Of a stretch of 64,000 nt of DNA, positions 13,501 through 27,069 are shown piece by piece. The position numbers and the translations under genes were made by a program. Each line of letters begins with the position of its first letter. The stretch's first letter is position 1. The stretch lies in the NCBI RefSeq assembly GCF_963921235.1, contig NC_086108.1, positions 32,240,001 through 32,304,000 on the forward strand. Direction: 5' to 3'. A model generated the notes under the pieces. That model saw only the letters and a list, made by a program, of their open reading frames with translations, ran no database searches and was not told where the DNA came from. Origin of the DNA: Mobula hypostoma (lineage: Eukaryota).

Positions 13501-13869
13501 CAACCTGTATCCATAAGAGACGCAGTTAACCTTCATCTCTTGGCCACATTTTAATTCACTTCAACGCAACATATCTTCAATGAATTTCATGGAATAATAA
13601 GACAAAAGCACCAGGATTAAAAAAACCTCAAACATTTCGTCAGCAACAAAACAACATTACATAGCAGTCCTCTACTGAAGATGTAGAACAATTTTAAACT
13701 TAAATATATATTCAAGAACAAAAAGTGTTCAAAATGTAAAATAATTTTATTTTCTAATCTCATCTGATCAAAATTTTTCAGGTATTTGATTGACAGCTGC
13801 ATCAGCGTATCACCAGATACCCTGGGCACTATCTCCTCCATGTATCTGAAAAGCTGCTCTGAGACTAAG

Positions 13870-14705
13870 TGTGGATTCCAAACATCTGGAAACACAGTAG
13901 TTATGATATTCACCAGAAGACAGTTCCATAATATTTTGCATGGAACAGCATTAACCAATATACATGACTTTTTTGAACCTCATGATCCGGAGGAATTGTG
14001 GAAAATTCTCCTCAAATTTGGTTGCCAATGCTCAGAGTAGCGAAGAAACCATGATACTAACCGAATGGTGAAATGGTAGTTAACATCTCAGTAAAGAGTA
14101 GAATCAACTAAGGTTGCATCATTGGCCCAACATTTTTCTCAGTCTTTCCTATTGTAATGTTGCACCTCACCTCAAAGAAACTTCCTATGGGAGTGGAGCT
14201 AATCTTCAAAATTATTAGGAAACTGTTTAACTCACAGTGGCTCCTATCCAGAAACAAGGTCAAATTCTGTCAGTGGCCAAGTTCCAAAATCATATAACAC
14301 TTGCGTTTTGGGTACACTTGGAGAGTAACCTCCAGAGCATTGTCATTTTGTTCATCCAAGCATGAAAGGATGAGTGATACATTCTACATAGACTTCATCA
14401 ACAACAATAAGGATGTGCTCAAACCTTCTTTGAAGAAGTGCAACCACCCCACTGACTGGTGGGAAACTGCAGCTGACGATCACTCAAAGGGGGATTCAGG
14501 ATGTTATTAAGAACTTCAAGGACATGTTGAGAACAAAGAGATGCCTGATAAGAGGCAGAAGGAGAACACTAACTCATGTTCTACCCATCCACCCTCTACA
14601 TGCTTTATTGAAGATTCTGCTATTCCAAAGTGGCTTCATTTGCCACATCTGCTCCCATAAACCCAGAGCGGAAGGAAGTCCTCCTCGCTCCCGACAGACT
14701 GCCTA
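13870..14705 (+). mobile_element. Old RTE-like LINE remnant
   Basis: Decayed motifs QCGF, EELWKILLKFGC, gGCiiaPT-F and a terminal C-x2-C zinc-knuckle-like stretch. Confidence 0.5.
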
Positions 14706-15911
14706 AGAATTGAGCGTTGGCTATAACTTTTCAGCAATCAGCATCGAGATGTTGGAGAAGGATGTGGGCTGGTTATGCACCTTTGAAGTTAATTGAAGCC
14801 AACACATTCAATGTACTGTGTTATGCATGCACAAAAAAATCTCCAACCCCAATAACCCAAAGAAATTTCTTTTCTTTTTCAGGAACATCACAAAAAAAGC
14901 AAGGCAATTACAGCAAACTCACCAAAATGATAAAAATGTATTAAGCATGTGGAAAGTAAAATCAAAACTTTTAAATAATGCAAGATGCTCTTAGGAGAGA
15001 TTTATAAATTTGATGACTGCAGAAAACATTAGGAGCTGTCCAAGGGAAATCCTCCTGTTTTCCACCTCACACAATTGTGAAGATACGTAGCCATAATGTC
15101 ATAGGCCACATATAAAAAAAACTTTAAATTTAAGTATTCCCAAATATATTGGTAGTATTAAGTTTGATAAATTAATGATTTAATGCAGTTATTACATATT
15201 TTAGATCTAGCTATGCTGAATTCAATTGCTACATTTGTTATTACTGTCTATAAAACAAAACAATTTATTAATTGAGCATTTCTCACTGTGTTCCACAGAT
15301 CTGAGTAACCATATATTGGGCAACAAAAAGTAAAACAACATCCAATTCCCAAGAACGGTTTATTAGAACCATAATATTCCATTTAAATATTGGAATAGGT
15401 GAATATGGGACATTAATGAGAGCAGTTGTACTGGCTCAAAAAAGTCAATGTGCAATTTGCAACCAAAATCTACTAAAAAAAAACAGGTCAACTACTAGAT
15501 ACTGGCAAAGTCTACATGTCTCCCCATGTCCACATTATCTCCCAGTAGTTACAGCTCTTCTTTAACTCTATGGGATAAGTCAAACAAGGCAGTAATATAG
15601 AACATTTGTTGCAACATCCACACAATCTCTGTACTGCGTTAGGACTTCTGAACATGTCCTGCAAGTTTTTCACTCTCCATTCCCTTCCCAGTTCTGACAA
15701 GTTAAATTGGTAAATATATTAGGATCTTAAACACAACTAGATTCAAAGAAGTTTGGACACTGATCACTTCCTCCCAAATTCTTACGTATGTTTCTTGGGA
15801 AGTTTTTCCTTTATTGTAAAGGAACCCTCATTATTAATACAAATAAACTTTTCTCCCCCACATTGCTTTTCAAGAGTTTTGGAATAACCAATGACGCAGT
15901 TCCTGCATCTT

Positions 15912-16436
15912 TTGTTGTATTACAAACTGCTCTGCATGGAATTTTACGTACCCTTCCCTGGGGGTGCGACAGAAAGTAACTGCAATCTGTGTCAGATACA
16001 GTACATACTCTGTGGCAATTCACCAAGCCTTTTTCAGCACCTCGCCAACTGGCGGTTAGAGGAACAAGGACTGACACTGAGTTGCTCTCATGGTTGTTGA
16101 TTATTGACCAGGAGGAGGGAAGCAGAGGTCCATGAACCAGTCCTCATCAGAGGAGGAGAGGGTCAGTGACTTTAAATTCCTCAGTGCTGTCATTTCAGAC
16201 GGCTTGTCCTGAGCTCAGTCAAAAGGGCGATTATGACGAAAGCACAGCAGCGCCTCAGTTTCCTGAGGACTTTGCAAAGATTCAGCATGACATCTACAAC
16301 TTTGGCTTGGTGAATTGCCACGGAGCGTGCATTTTATGTCTATATACTGTATCCGACACAGAGTGCAGCTACTTTCTGTTGCACCCCCAGGGAGGGGAAT
16401 GTAAAATTCCATGCAGAGCAGTTTGTAATACAACAA
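15912..16436. repeat. Inverted duplication with arms 15912-16029 and 16304-16436
   Basis: ttgttgtattacaaactgctctgcatggaattttac...ggcaattcaccaagcc recurs in reverse complement. Confidence 0.9.
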
Positions 16437-17055
16437 GAGGTGTAGTGGAGAGTATATTGCCTGGCTGCATCACAGCCTGGTATGGAAACACCAATGCCCT
16501 AAACGTAAAAATTCTACAAATAGTAGTGGATACGGCACAGTCCGTCATAGGTAAAGCCCTCCTCAGCATTATCACAGGAAAGCAGCATCTAGCATCAGGG
16601 ACCCCCACCACCCAGGGTCCTTTCTCACTACTGCCATTAGGAAGAAGGTACAGGAGCCTCAAGGCTCACAGCACCAGGTTCAGAAACAGATATTAGCACT
16701 CAACAATCAGGCTCTTCAACCAAAGGGGATAATTTCACTCACCTTCACTTGCCCCATCACTGAAATGTTCTACAACCCATGGACTCACTTTCAAAGACTC
16801 TTCATCTCATGTTCTCGATGTTTACCGCTTATTTATTTATTTATTTATTTATTATTTCTTTCTTTTTGTATTTGCGTGGTTTGTTGTCTTTTGCAGACTG
16901 GTTGAACACACAAGTTGGTGAGGTCTTTCGTCGATCCTATTATGGTTATTATTCTATTGTGGATTAATTGAGTATGCCCGCAAGAAAACAAACCTCATGG
17001 TTGCATATGATGAAATTCATGTAGTTTGATAATAAATTTACTTTCAATTTTGAAC
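16080..17055 (+). mobile_element. Rex1/Babar-like LINE 3' fragment
   Basis: VESILPGCITAWYGN, FSLLPLGRRYRSLKAHSTRFRN and a tail aataaatttactttcaattttgaa. Same family at 24310-25050, 43720-44090 and 49320-49605. Confidence 0.8.
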
Positions 17056-17512
17056 AAGAATAGCCAGCACATTGAAATACCACCATACACAGGTTGCCCT
17101 TTAAGTTATACACATTCTTCATATTGAAATACATCCCCATCATCACTGGGTCAAAACCCTGAAATAGGGTTCTGCAATAAGATCTTTCATTAACAGGAGC
17201 TGCAACAGTTCAGATGGGCATTCACCATCTCCAACAAATTTCATTTCGAAGTGAACATAACTCCTCTTTTCTTTTTGCTCAAATCAAAAAAGATTCAAAG
17301 GTTTCTTGTACTAAAGAAAAACAAAGTAGACAAATGATGAAATGCAATTTGAGCAGCACACATGTACTTGAAGTAAACCCGTTGATTTAAGCAAATAGTG
17401 ATGAATGTTTGACGACTTCCAAGTTCATATCCCTGGTTAATGACACTGAAAGTCACTGCAAACAATAAACATTAATCTTTTTGTGTCTACATCTAATCCA
17501 GTGACCTAATTT

Positions 17513-17787
17513 TCACACAATTGTAACTTTCTCCAACATCTCTGCGAGTCTGTAGGTTTGGTCCCAGTGTTTGCCAGATTTTTTCAGATCATTTTCCAAT
17601 ATCTGACCTGCGTTAAGAAGGTGTTTAGAACCGGTTTTGAGTTCCGTGGACAACTGGCAGTACAATATTTCATTCACCTCACCCTCAATCTTCTGTAAGT
17701 AAACGAGGGGGAAAACCAATTTGATGTCTGCCATGACTTTTTCTTTCAGTCTGTCGTCTCTGCAAACCAGATTTAGAATGAAGAGTC
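17513..17787 (-). CDS. METTL13: METTL13 coding exon 8 (last)
   Basis: tttcag|GA acceptor; GLFILNLVCRD...IEGEVNEILYC...VTIV*, TGA at 17515-17513; 275 nt. Confidence 0.95.
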
Positions 17788-18932
17788 CTGAAACAATTAA
17801 AGTGAACTTTAATTAAAACACAAAAGTGGATAGCATTTCGGCAGCTGAGGAACACCTTTAAATATTTACATTCAGCAAGTATATTCCTAGTCTGGCATAT
17901 TCCATAGATTTTGGAAAGTTATGCAAAAAAATGGCAGAGGCACCATAAAGAAAATAAATTTCCTTTGCAACTTCACTTCAATCCAATCAAACTTACTGCC
18001 ACAACAAACTACACCTCCTACCCACCAGAAATCTTTTGTCATTCCCTTATGGGTTTAGGGATACAGTTTTACAGGTAAGTGCCCAAAATCCTAATTTATT
18101 AGATGCAGCAATTTTACTGACATGGCTTGCACATCCAGAGATCACTGTTTTCCAATTTTCTAGTGCAAGTTTTGTTTAGCAGAACATATCTTGCAAGGAA
18201 GAGAAATAATATGGAGAAAAAGTGAGAAAAAAGACGACACCAACCATGAGCTACATGATCTCCCTGCAAGCTGTACTGCCCCAATCACACTGATCTTACC
18301 TTACACAAATTTAAATGTAAAAACACAGAAAATAGAAGAAAAGGCTGTTGGACCTTCGAACCAATAGTAATGGTCTTTCACTTATCCCTATACCATATTC
18401 CCACTCTTTCTCCAGACCTATGAATTCATTTTGTATGTAGAAAAATGGGAACCTTCCATTAGATAGGAACTAGTACATCCAACAAATGTGATTAAACGAA
18501 AGCATAGAATTTGGTGTAATTTCCACCCACACAGCAGTGAAGCATCTGCTTAGAGTAAGTATTCAATATAAATGCAGGGCTTGAAGACAAAACCTTGTAG
18601 CCTGGTGGCAAGAAAGTTAGAACCGACCACACCTGATAGAAGCAATATTTTAACTATGCAGAATGTTATGACAAATATAGTGGATCTTCAGAAACCTAAT
18701 ACACTTTCCTAAAAACAAAAAGATGAGCTGCATTGCTCCTTTAAATGCAGGGAACAAAACCTTGCACAAATAACATTTTGCAAAACTTGTAGGTGGTGAA
18801 CTCTTATCTGATAACTTGCAGGCACAGATTATAGTTGACTGACAATAATAGTTGACAGTCTGTTCTGTAGAACAGATACAGTTAACTACGACTCAGATTT
18901 ACAAAATATTGCAAAAGGAAAAGATCATTCAC

Positions 18933-19064
18933 CTCGGGGTGCCAAAAGACTTCGTACTTTCTGGAGAAATGCCCGGTCTACAAAAGCTGGTGGAGGACAG
19001 TTCATTCCAAGGGTAGCATCTTTACTATCCACGTCAAACATGATAACATCATAGGAGCCACTCC
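18933..19064 (-). CDS. METTL13: METTL13 coding exon 7
   Basis: [44 protein letters not shown]; ctgcag| acceptor and |gtgaa donor; 132 nt. Missed by the ORF track. Confidence 0.95.
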
Positions 19065-21049
19065 CTGCAGTAATGAAAACAAAATCATTTTATTCCTCAT
19101 ATCTGTTCTACTTGAACGCCTAAATCAAAATTTGTAGGTTGGGCAGGGGAGAAATAGTGACTGAACTAAAGATGTAATTCTGAGCTAGTATAGTCACTGA
19201 CTTGCAGGACCAGAGACCCATCAACCCTCACCCCAGGTGCTGTCAGTGTGGAATTTACACTTTCTTCCTGTGACGATGCATGTCCTCCTACATCCCAGGA
19301 TATTTGGTCAATCAGCCACTCCAAGTTGCCTCTCCATGTCCAACCCTCTGTCCCTGTTGTGAGAGGTAGAAACGTGTTAAGGCTGGCCAACAGGGCTCTG
19401 GTGACGCACTACAGGCCAATCCCCTGTACAGTGAATGCAACAGATTGCAGAAGCATTGATTAACTCCAACTGTACCATCGATTTCAGAGGACGATGCCCT
19501 ATCCTCCACTTGGGAGCTAAGGGCCCCAAATGAAAAACAAGCCACTCCAAGTTGCCCCGGTGCAAGAGCTGAAGAGAACTGATGAGAATGTGGGAGAATA
19601 AAAAAGTGCCAGAGCACTGCAAACAGATGCTTGTTTGTTGGTACACAGTAGATTCAGTGAGCTGAAGGGCCTGGTTCCAAACTGTCTTTCTCCAAACTGC
19701 TGGTGATGAATACAATCTGACTGATGGACGGCTATCAAAAGTAAGCACAAAGAATAACACACAGAGCAAATTTTGCCTATCGTGCCGATTTAGTATTGTG
19801 GAAGTTTCAATCACCACAACAAACACTAAATTATTCTGTTCATGACTAAAAATGCACCATCATATCCAATCCCAACAAAGATGTCAAGGAAATTTCTTGA
19901 CAGTTTATCAAAGCGGCTACAGTATGCTCATTAAGGAACTGAAAGAATTTAGAATGGAAGACTGGGTTGCCCAACTCAGTTAATTTTCCACTTCAAACAG
20001 GCGTAAAAGATATGTAGGATATCAGTCGACTTTGACAAATGAATCCCCAGGGACAAAGAGGAAAACTGCACCATCATTTGAATTGTACGTCAGAGTCAAC
20101 ACCATGCAAGAAAATCTTTGATCTACAATTTTTTTCCCTGTTTAGAACACAGCCACAGTGACTACGTACATCTTAAAGAATGCGGAAAGCAGCAACATTT
20201 TCCATTACATTTCACCCTCCTAGAATAAGGATCCTCAACCAAAAATAAATTAAGTGGAATAAAAGCTGAAGTGTATTTCACTGTCAGCGGAGTAAACACT
20301 GTGGAATGAATTAAATCCCGGAAGCGGACAAGTTTTCCTTGAATCCCGTTAAATTTAATAGGACAATCCAAGCTACGAATTTTGTCTCTGCTTCCTGGCC
20401 ACAGCCTGTCACATTGAAAGACTAACAAGCTATCAGGTTATTGACAGCAGGCAAGTGTCAGGGAGCAGAGAGTAAGGGACTGATGAAAATTCATTCTATT
20501 TCGCGGGCAATGAAGCTGGTGGTGGTGGCTTCAAATGCACACCTGGATGGGATTTGCCCCTTGATTCAACAGGACTTACCCCGTTCGAAGAGACAGGTTT
20601 CATTGCTGGAGTAGACGGGAAGATACATGAAGCACACACTTGCTTACAAACAATTAACTTACATTCTATTCAGTATTGTTGGACATGGTGATATGGATAA
20701 ACCCTAGTAAACCAGCTGCCTGGGTCTTTGGTGGTGCCAGAGCCGGAGATTTTCCAGACCATCAGATGTTATTTTGTTAACATTCCAAACATTTTTCAAT
20801 TCAATTTTATAAAACCATGTTGTATGGTGACACTGCAGTGTGTCAATCAAGTGTTAAGGCAGTGCAAGAGAAAGTAAAGAACAGCAGACGTTTTTAATGG
20901 GAGTACAGGAATCAGGACACGTGCTGGTGGAAGGGGATGCAGAAACCAAAGGCTGGGGTGAGCAGACACTGTACGCACTACCCAGTGAGGCAGATGCTGA
21001 ACCATCGGTTTTCTGAATGGCTTGTTAGCTGATTACTTATTACAGCACA

Positions 21050-21365
21050 AGATATAATATTTGCACAGAACGCCCACACAAACACTATGAAAGTCAGCAG
21101 TCCTTTTATTTCATAGTTCAGCTGAGGGTTAAATAAACCCAAGAACATCTTCATCAAGCAACTCAAAAATAGTGCCCGAGGATTTTGTTTACATTCACTT
21201 GAGACTGTAGGTGGGGCCCTGCTTAATAATTTTCAGTACAGCTTAACACACTCCCTCAATACTGCTTTGGCATGTCAGCCTGAACTTTAGCATTCAAATC
21301 CCTGGACCAGGATCTGAAATACAGGGTCTTCTGACTGGAAATGCAAGTTATTGACTGGGCCATAC
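21050..21365 (-). mobile_element. DeuSINE-like (SacSINE/AmnSINE-type) ancient SINE
   Basis: cactccctcaatactgc...tgtcagcctga resembles the Deu domain. A further fragment ctgagggagtgctgcactg lies at ~22040-22130 (+). Confidence 0.55.
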
Positions 21366-21482
21366 TTGAAAAAAATTATGGCTAAGTGAGGTAGCACTGC
21401 TACATTACAAAATCTGGAAGATCAATCAACCTCCAGTAGCTGGCTGGTGGACCCCATCACCCTGACTCCATGACAACCCAAA

Positions 21483-21774
21483 AAAGTTAAAGTCTGTCCT
21501 GAGCTTTATAGGCTCATCAGGCTGGTGCTTATGCCGGTTTCTGCTGCGTGAAGCGACTGAGAGTATGAGACTCCCCCCCCCCCCCGGATAGGACGCCAGT
21601 CTATCACGAGGTTAACCCCCAGCATTTTGCCGGTACCCATTTTCAGCTGGGTGGACTGGAGCAGTGTGTGGTTAAGTGCCTTGCTCAAAGACACAACACG
21701 CTGCCTCGGCTGGGGCTCGAACTCACGACCTTCAGATCGCTAGTCCAACGCCTTAACCACTTGGCCACACGCCA
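21483..21774 (-). mobile_element. Young full-length tRNA-derived SINE
   Basis: A-box GTGGCCAAGTGG and B-box GTTCGAGCC on the minus strand. 14-bp TSD CATGACAACCCAAA (21469-21482, 21775-21788). Confidence 0.9.
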
Positions 21775-22264
21775 CATGACAACCCAAAGCTGGATCCCAA
21801 TTTCTAAATATTTTGCCTGACTAAAATCCTCTCATTCGGGCAACATAATCTTTAAATAGGGAGGAGCAGAGGAAACAAGGGAAATGATGAATGCAAAAGC
21901 AAGCTGGTATGAGGCGTAACAAATGAAACATCGCTATAAGCTCAAAAGATTCCTTCACAATTATCAAATCTTAACAGAAAGTAAGTAATTGCATCTAGAA
22001 ATGTGATAATAAAGAGACCCCTGCTATGTTGTTCAAATTAGGCTGATGCTCCAATGCAACACTGAGGGAGTGCTGCACTGTTTTTTGGAAGAGATGCAAG
22101 TGCCGACATACTCTCAAATGCTCAACTATTAATAGGAATCCAGAACTAATAGCGTTTTTAAAGAAGATTCAGAAAAAATACATAAACATTAACAAGAAGG
22201 ATGAAAAATATTGAGAAAGGATTAAGTTGCTGCTTTGCAAATATTGCCAATCTACGTTTCTTAC

Positions 22265-22477
22265 CTTCATCTGCAAGTGTACGTATATAATGCAAGCCAT
22301 CTGCCAGAATCACCTTCATTCGATTGTCCTGGGAAAATTCAAACCACCTGGTCGCGACCTCCAACATCTCAGGATCGATTTCAATGGCATCAATGGTCGA
22401 CTGGGAGAAGAAGTCGTGAATAAACAATGGAAGGCTCCCACCGCCAAGGCCAATCACCAGCAGAGAGATCGCAGCAT
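22265..22477 (-). CDS. METTL13: METTL13 coding exon 6
   Basis: DAAISLLVIGLGGGSLPLFIHDFF...AIEIDPEMLEVATRWFEF...ADGLHYI (second SAM-binding GxGxG motif); 213 nt; canonical splice sites. Confidence 0.95.
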
Positions 22478-23819
22478 CTGAAGAGGGTAAGAGTGAAGAC
22501 TGGGCATCGGTATAATGTCACGCAATGAAGCAAGCACATTTTAGATCAAGATCAGAAGTGTATCACTCCAAGGGGAAACATTTCTATATCGTTCACATCT
22601 TTTTATCATGAAAATTAGATAACACCTAAAGCTGCTTATATTTGCATCGGTTCTTCAATATAACAGGCACTTTATAGTCAGAGGGAAAAGAAACTAAAGA
22701 GCCACATTAAGTTCATGCAACTTAAACTCATTTCTAAAGCAGAGCAAAATCAAGTCTGACAAAGTTACAGGCCCTGCAGCATTGAGGCTACATCTCAATC
22801 TACTGAAAACACTAATAACTCAGCAAGGTCTCTGCAGCTGTAGCATTCTGCCAACACTGGCACTTCAAAGTAATCGGGAACGACAGCCCTTCAGAGACTC
22901 CCGACAAATCAATGAGCAATACAATGAAGCAGCGCAATTAGACTTTCACAATTCTTTAACCTTAACAGGCTCTTTATAGCCCGAGTGCAAGGAAACTAAC
23001 TAAAGAGAAAAAGGAAATTCATACAACTTGAGTTAGTTTCTAAATGAAGAGAGCAAAATCAGAAATTATGTGTGGCCAGTATTCCAAAATTCCCCTCCAT
23101 TATCACCCAGACACAAGCAATTCAGGGCTGCCGAGCACTATCTTTAACAAGGGTAATGATTGCGGCTGTCAACATCATGCATATTCTGAAAATAAATAAA
23201 GGGAAGCACTGCAGACTGGTCAGAGGGAAGTGAATAAACACTTCTTTCCTGTCTCACTTCTGTCATTAGGTCTTCCAGCCTGCTACTGGTTATTAAGGAT
23301 TAAATAAAAAATCCGCTGATGCTGGAAAGCTGAAAGAGCTCTTACAGATGCCATCTGACCTGAAATGTTAACATTTGCAGCCCTTCCCACAGATGCTGCC
23401 TGATGTGTGAATGTTTCTGGCATTTTTTCCCTTTTGTTTCATTACTGGTTATTGTTCTGGCCTCCAGACCAGTAATCTAGTGACACAATCACCAAAGAGC
23501 ACTCCCCCCCCCCCACCAACTGCAAGGAAACAGTTTGTCTAAGTAGTTTATGCTGGTGCCATCTATCTGTTTTGCCCTTTTTCCTTATCACTTGATAACA
23601 AAATACCCACTTTCTCTTTCTAAATCTGCAATTTAAAGTAAAAGATGTTTCAGGGTATCACCACATTGTGTACATAAATATTATTTTCCAATAAAGACAC
23701 AATGTAAAACTAACACATCAGGGAAGCACTTGGTAAATTATTAACGTGCCAAAGAAATAACCAGGAGACAACCTCAGGTGTTGCATCATCACGAAACAGG
23801 AAACTTCCTTCTAACTCCA

Positions 23820-24150
23820 AACACAAACAAGAGAAAATCTACAGATGCTGGAAATCCAAGCCACACACACAAAATGCTGGAGGAACTCAGCAGGCCAGGG
23901 AGCATCAATAGAAAAAAGTACAGTCGACGTCTTGGGCCAAAACCCTTCAGCAGGACTGGAGAAAAAATGCTGAGGAGTAGATTGAAATGGTGGGGGAGGG
24001 GAGAAACACCAGGTGATAGGTGAAACCTGGGGGGAGGGAGGGATGAAGTAAAGAGCTGGGAAGTTGATTGGTGAAAGAGACAGAAGGCCATGGAAGAAAG
24101 AAAAGGTGGGGGGAGCACTAGAGGGAGGAGATGGGTAGGCACAGAGTAAG
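23820..24150 (-). mobile_element. Penelope-type terminal repeat with hammerhead motif (23921-23958)
   Basis: Minus strand CAGTC-CTGCTGA-AGGG..CCC-AAGAC-GTC-GACTG; near-copy of 38617-38965. Confidence 0.65.
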
Positions 24151-24309
24151 ATGAAGTGTCTGTTCCTTCTAACTCCACCCTCTTTCTATCACTATCATTT
24201 ACTGATCCTTTTACCTCACCCTAACCAGGCATTCCCTAAATTAACTCCGTCCAGAAAAGAAAAGCCTGGACGACTATATCAACATCTCATCTCCTTAAAC
24301 CTCCCTTCA

Positions 24310-25050
24310 AAACTACATTGACCAAGTTACGAATTACGAAGAAAGCATGGCAGCGCCTCTACTTCCTTAAGAGTTTGCAAAAATTTGGCAGGGCTTCTAA
24401 AACTTTGACAAACTTCTATTGATATGCAGCGGAGGGTATACTGACTGGCTGCATCACAGCTTGGTATGGAAACACCAATCCCATTGAATGGAAAATCCTA
24501 CAAAAAGTAGTGGATATGGCCCAGTCCATCACAGGTAAAGACCTCTGCACCATTAAGCACATCTACATGAAATACTGTTGCAAGAAAGCAGCATCCATCA
24601 TCAGGGACCCCCACCACCCAAGACATGCTCTCTTGTCACTGCTGCCATCGGGAAGAAGGTACAGGAGCCTCAGGACTCACACCACCAGGTTCAAGAACAG
24701 TTATTACCCCTCAACCATCAGATTTCTTGATCAAAAGGGGATAACTTCACCTGCCCCATCATTGAAATGTTCCCACAACCTATTGACTCATTTTCAAGAA
24801 CTCTTCATCTCATGTTCTCGATATATATTGTTTATTTATTTATTATTATTTCTTCCTTTTTGCCTTTCCACTATTTGTTGTCTTTTGTACACCGGTTGAA
24901 CTCCCAAGTTGGTGCAGTCCTTCATTAATTCTGTGATGGTTATTATTCCATTATGGATTTATTGAGTATGCCCACAAGAAAATAAATTTCAGGGCAGTAT
25001 ATGGTGACATATCTGTACTTTGATTATAAATTTGCTTTGAACTTTGAAGT
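24310..25050 (+). mobile_element. Rex1/Babar-like LINE 3' fragment
   Basis: AASIIRDPHHPRHALLSLLPSGRRYRSLRTHTTRFKNSYYP; tail tttgaactttgaa. Confidence 0.85.
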
Positions 25051-25195
25051 GTTTGACCATTGTTGTAATTGGTTCAGTGCTAATGTTGGTCCGATTATGC
25101 ACCTCCAAAGCACTTTGGGTCATTTCACTACACTAAGGACACAATATAAATATTTACTGAATACTTATCCAGTCCTTTCCATTTTACCTTCTTAC

Positions 25196-25375
25196 CTGCA
25201 AGAAAACCACCTTCGTTACCTAGTAGAACCAAGCCAGCAATCATGGCTCGATGGTGATTGCAGCAGAGGTAGCTTTTGTCTACAGCCTGGCCAAGCTTTG
25301 GATTCAAATTGCTCTCATCTTCCAAGCACGACTGCCCTTTCCTCTTGTCTTTTTTTTTCTTTTTATGTTTTGAAA
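25196..25375 (-). CDS. METTL13: METTL13 coding exon 5
   Basis: VSKHKKKKKDKRK...VDKSYLCCNHHRAMIAGLVLL; aatag| acceptor and |gtaag donor; 180 nt. Confidence 0.93.
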
Positions 25376-26667
25376 CTATTTGAGGAAAACAAAATAATAT
25401 GAAGAAATATTCAACACTCACCTTCAAGTCCTAATTAAAAAGCAAATGCACACAATAACTTCCTTTGTGTTTCTTTTTCTCTCATCCTTCCTGCAGGTGG
25501 GTGGGTTTTCAGTTGGAGGAGTTAAATTTAATGCAAACTTTTGTGTATGCCATATTAGTTATCATCAAAATGAGAGACCACAGTTGATGAGGAGGCAACA
25601 CTGACTCTGCACAACACATTCTGCTGTTAAAAGGAAAGCTGAAAATAAACTAGAGAGAACCCTCAGCTTTATCGATAAAATAAGCATTGAAAATATAAAT
25701 AGAGGGTGAAATTCTTTGGTCTGACAAGTATAGTGTTTTGAATTTGTCACCATTAGTTTGAAAAGCCGTCAAGAGGATGGCTGCATTACCATTTCATATT
25801 AGCAAAATTGGAGATATGGAATAAAATTTGGTCCTATGCAATTCATGCAGGAAAAAAAGATACACACAAAATGCCTTCCACGAACTCAACTAGTTTACCA
25901 CAGGTAATGTTCCACTGCCTGCCAGTTCACAGTGAGAGGCCACCTGAGGAATGTGTCAAGTGGCGTGGCTAGCCTAGGGGTTAGGCATGTGTTTATTGCA
26001 GAGGTTCCTGTGAAAACTGCTCCACTTCTCACATGAACTTCATTAATTATTTGTACTTAATACAATTTCCCACCTACGTTTTGCATATATGTTTTTCACA
26101 TTTCTTACAGCACAGGAGACATGCAGCCCAGAGTGTCTATCAACCCTCAGACCAATCCCATTCCCCACTTATTCCAAACAATCCATCCACTGCATCCCAC
26201 CCCAATTCTCCCATAATCCAAGTGCACTGGGGTAACATATGGCCAACTAACCTATGAAACAGAATAATCATCTAAATCACTGCCGTTACTTCCTGAAATT
26301 CAGTTTTAAAGAAGGTTGGGTGAAGATTTCCATCGGCATTAAAGGCTTTTCGTTCATTATGTCAGCACACAGAAAAACCATGCAAATGTTTAATTGCAAA
26401 GATAAAGGCAGCATATACAGTATGCAGCATCTACCATATATTCAGTATGCAGAACAAATGGACAGCAGCTGTCAATGCTCAATGCACAGTCAAGCAATGA
26501 AGCAGTAAAGAGAGTTTTGAAGCAACAAGTAATTTGACACCCTGGGAAAGCGGGATATTCCTGGATATTTTGTCTTTTCATATATTTGTTCACGTTGCAG
26601 TTTTTCTATGGGCTAACAACACAGCACCAGAGTTTTCTCAGCCTACAGCTAAATATGAAAACGTTAC

Positions 26668-26863
26668 CTGACTTGGAAGCGTTGTGCAATAATTTACCCT
26701 CCGATTGCACCACATTAACGTTGCTGAGGAATATCAGGTGCCGATAAAAGTTGCCATCCTCTCCCTTTACATCTTCAATGACATACTCGCCACTAATGTC
26801 ACTCACACCGCGATACTGGGTAGTGCGAACCCCGATATCTCCACCAACTGAAAGAAATGGGAC
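26668..26863 (-). CDS. METTL13: METTL13 coding exon 4
   Basis: [14 protein letters not shown]...SGEYVIEDV...[19 protein letters not shown]; 196 nt; canonical splice sites. Confidence 0.95.
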
Positions 26864-27069
26864 CTGCATAACAATGCAGTTGTTAGGACAGAAATGCAGA
26901 CAATCTCATGCCTGCATTGATCAACAGCTCTGTCTTGGCTATCAGAGCTTGAAATTGTCAACCTATCAACCCACTGCACGTGGATAACGGGAAACCACAT
27001 TGCTAGACATGCAACAAATCCAGGGAATTGGAAGTAATTCAGAAAATGTCTCACCCGGATGGTTGGTGG

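Noticed and set aside
19313-19557. Direct repeat agccactccaagttgcc (x2)
   Set aside because: Short, and adjacent to a decayed SINE; no array structure.
21495-21525. CTGATGAG...GCTC on the minus strand resembling a hammerhead
   Set aside because: No GAAA follows the stem, and the sister SINE copy lacks the core.
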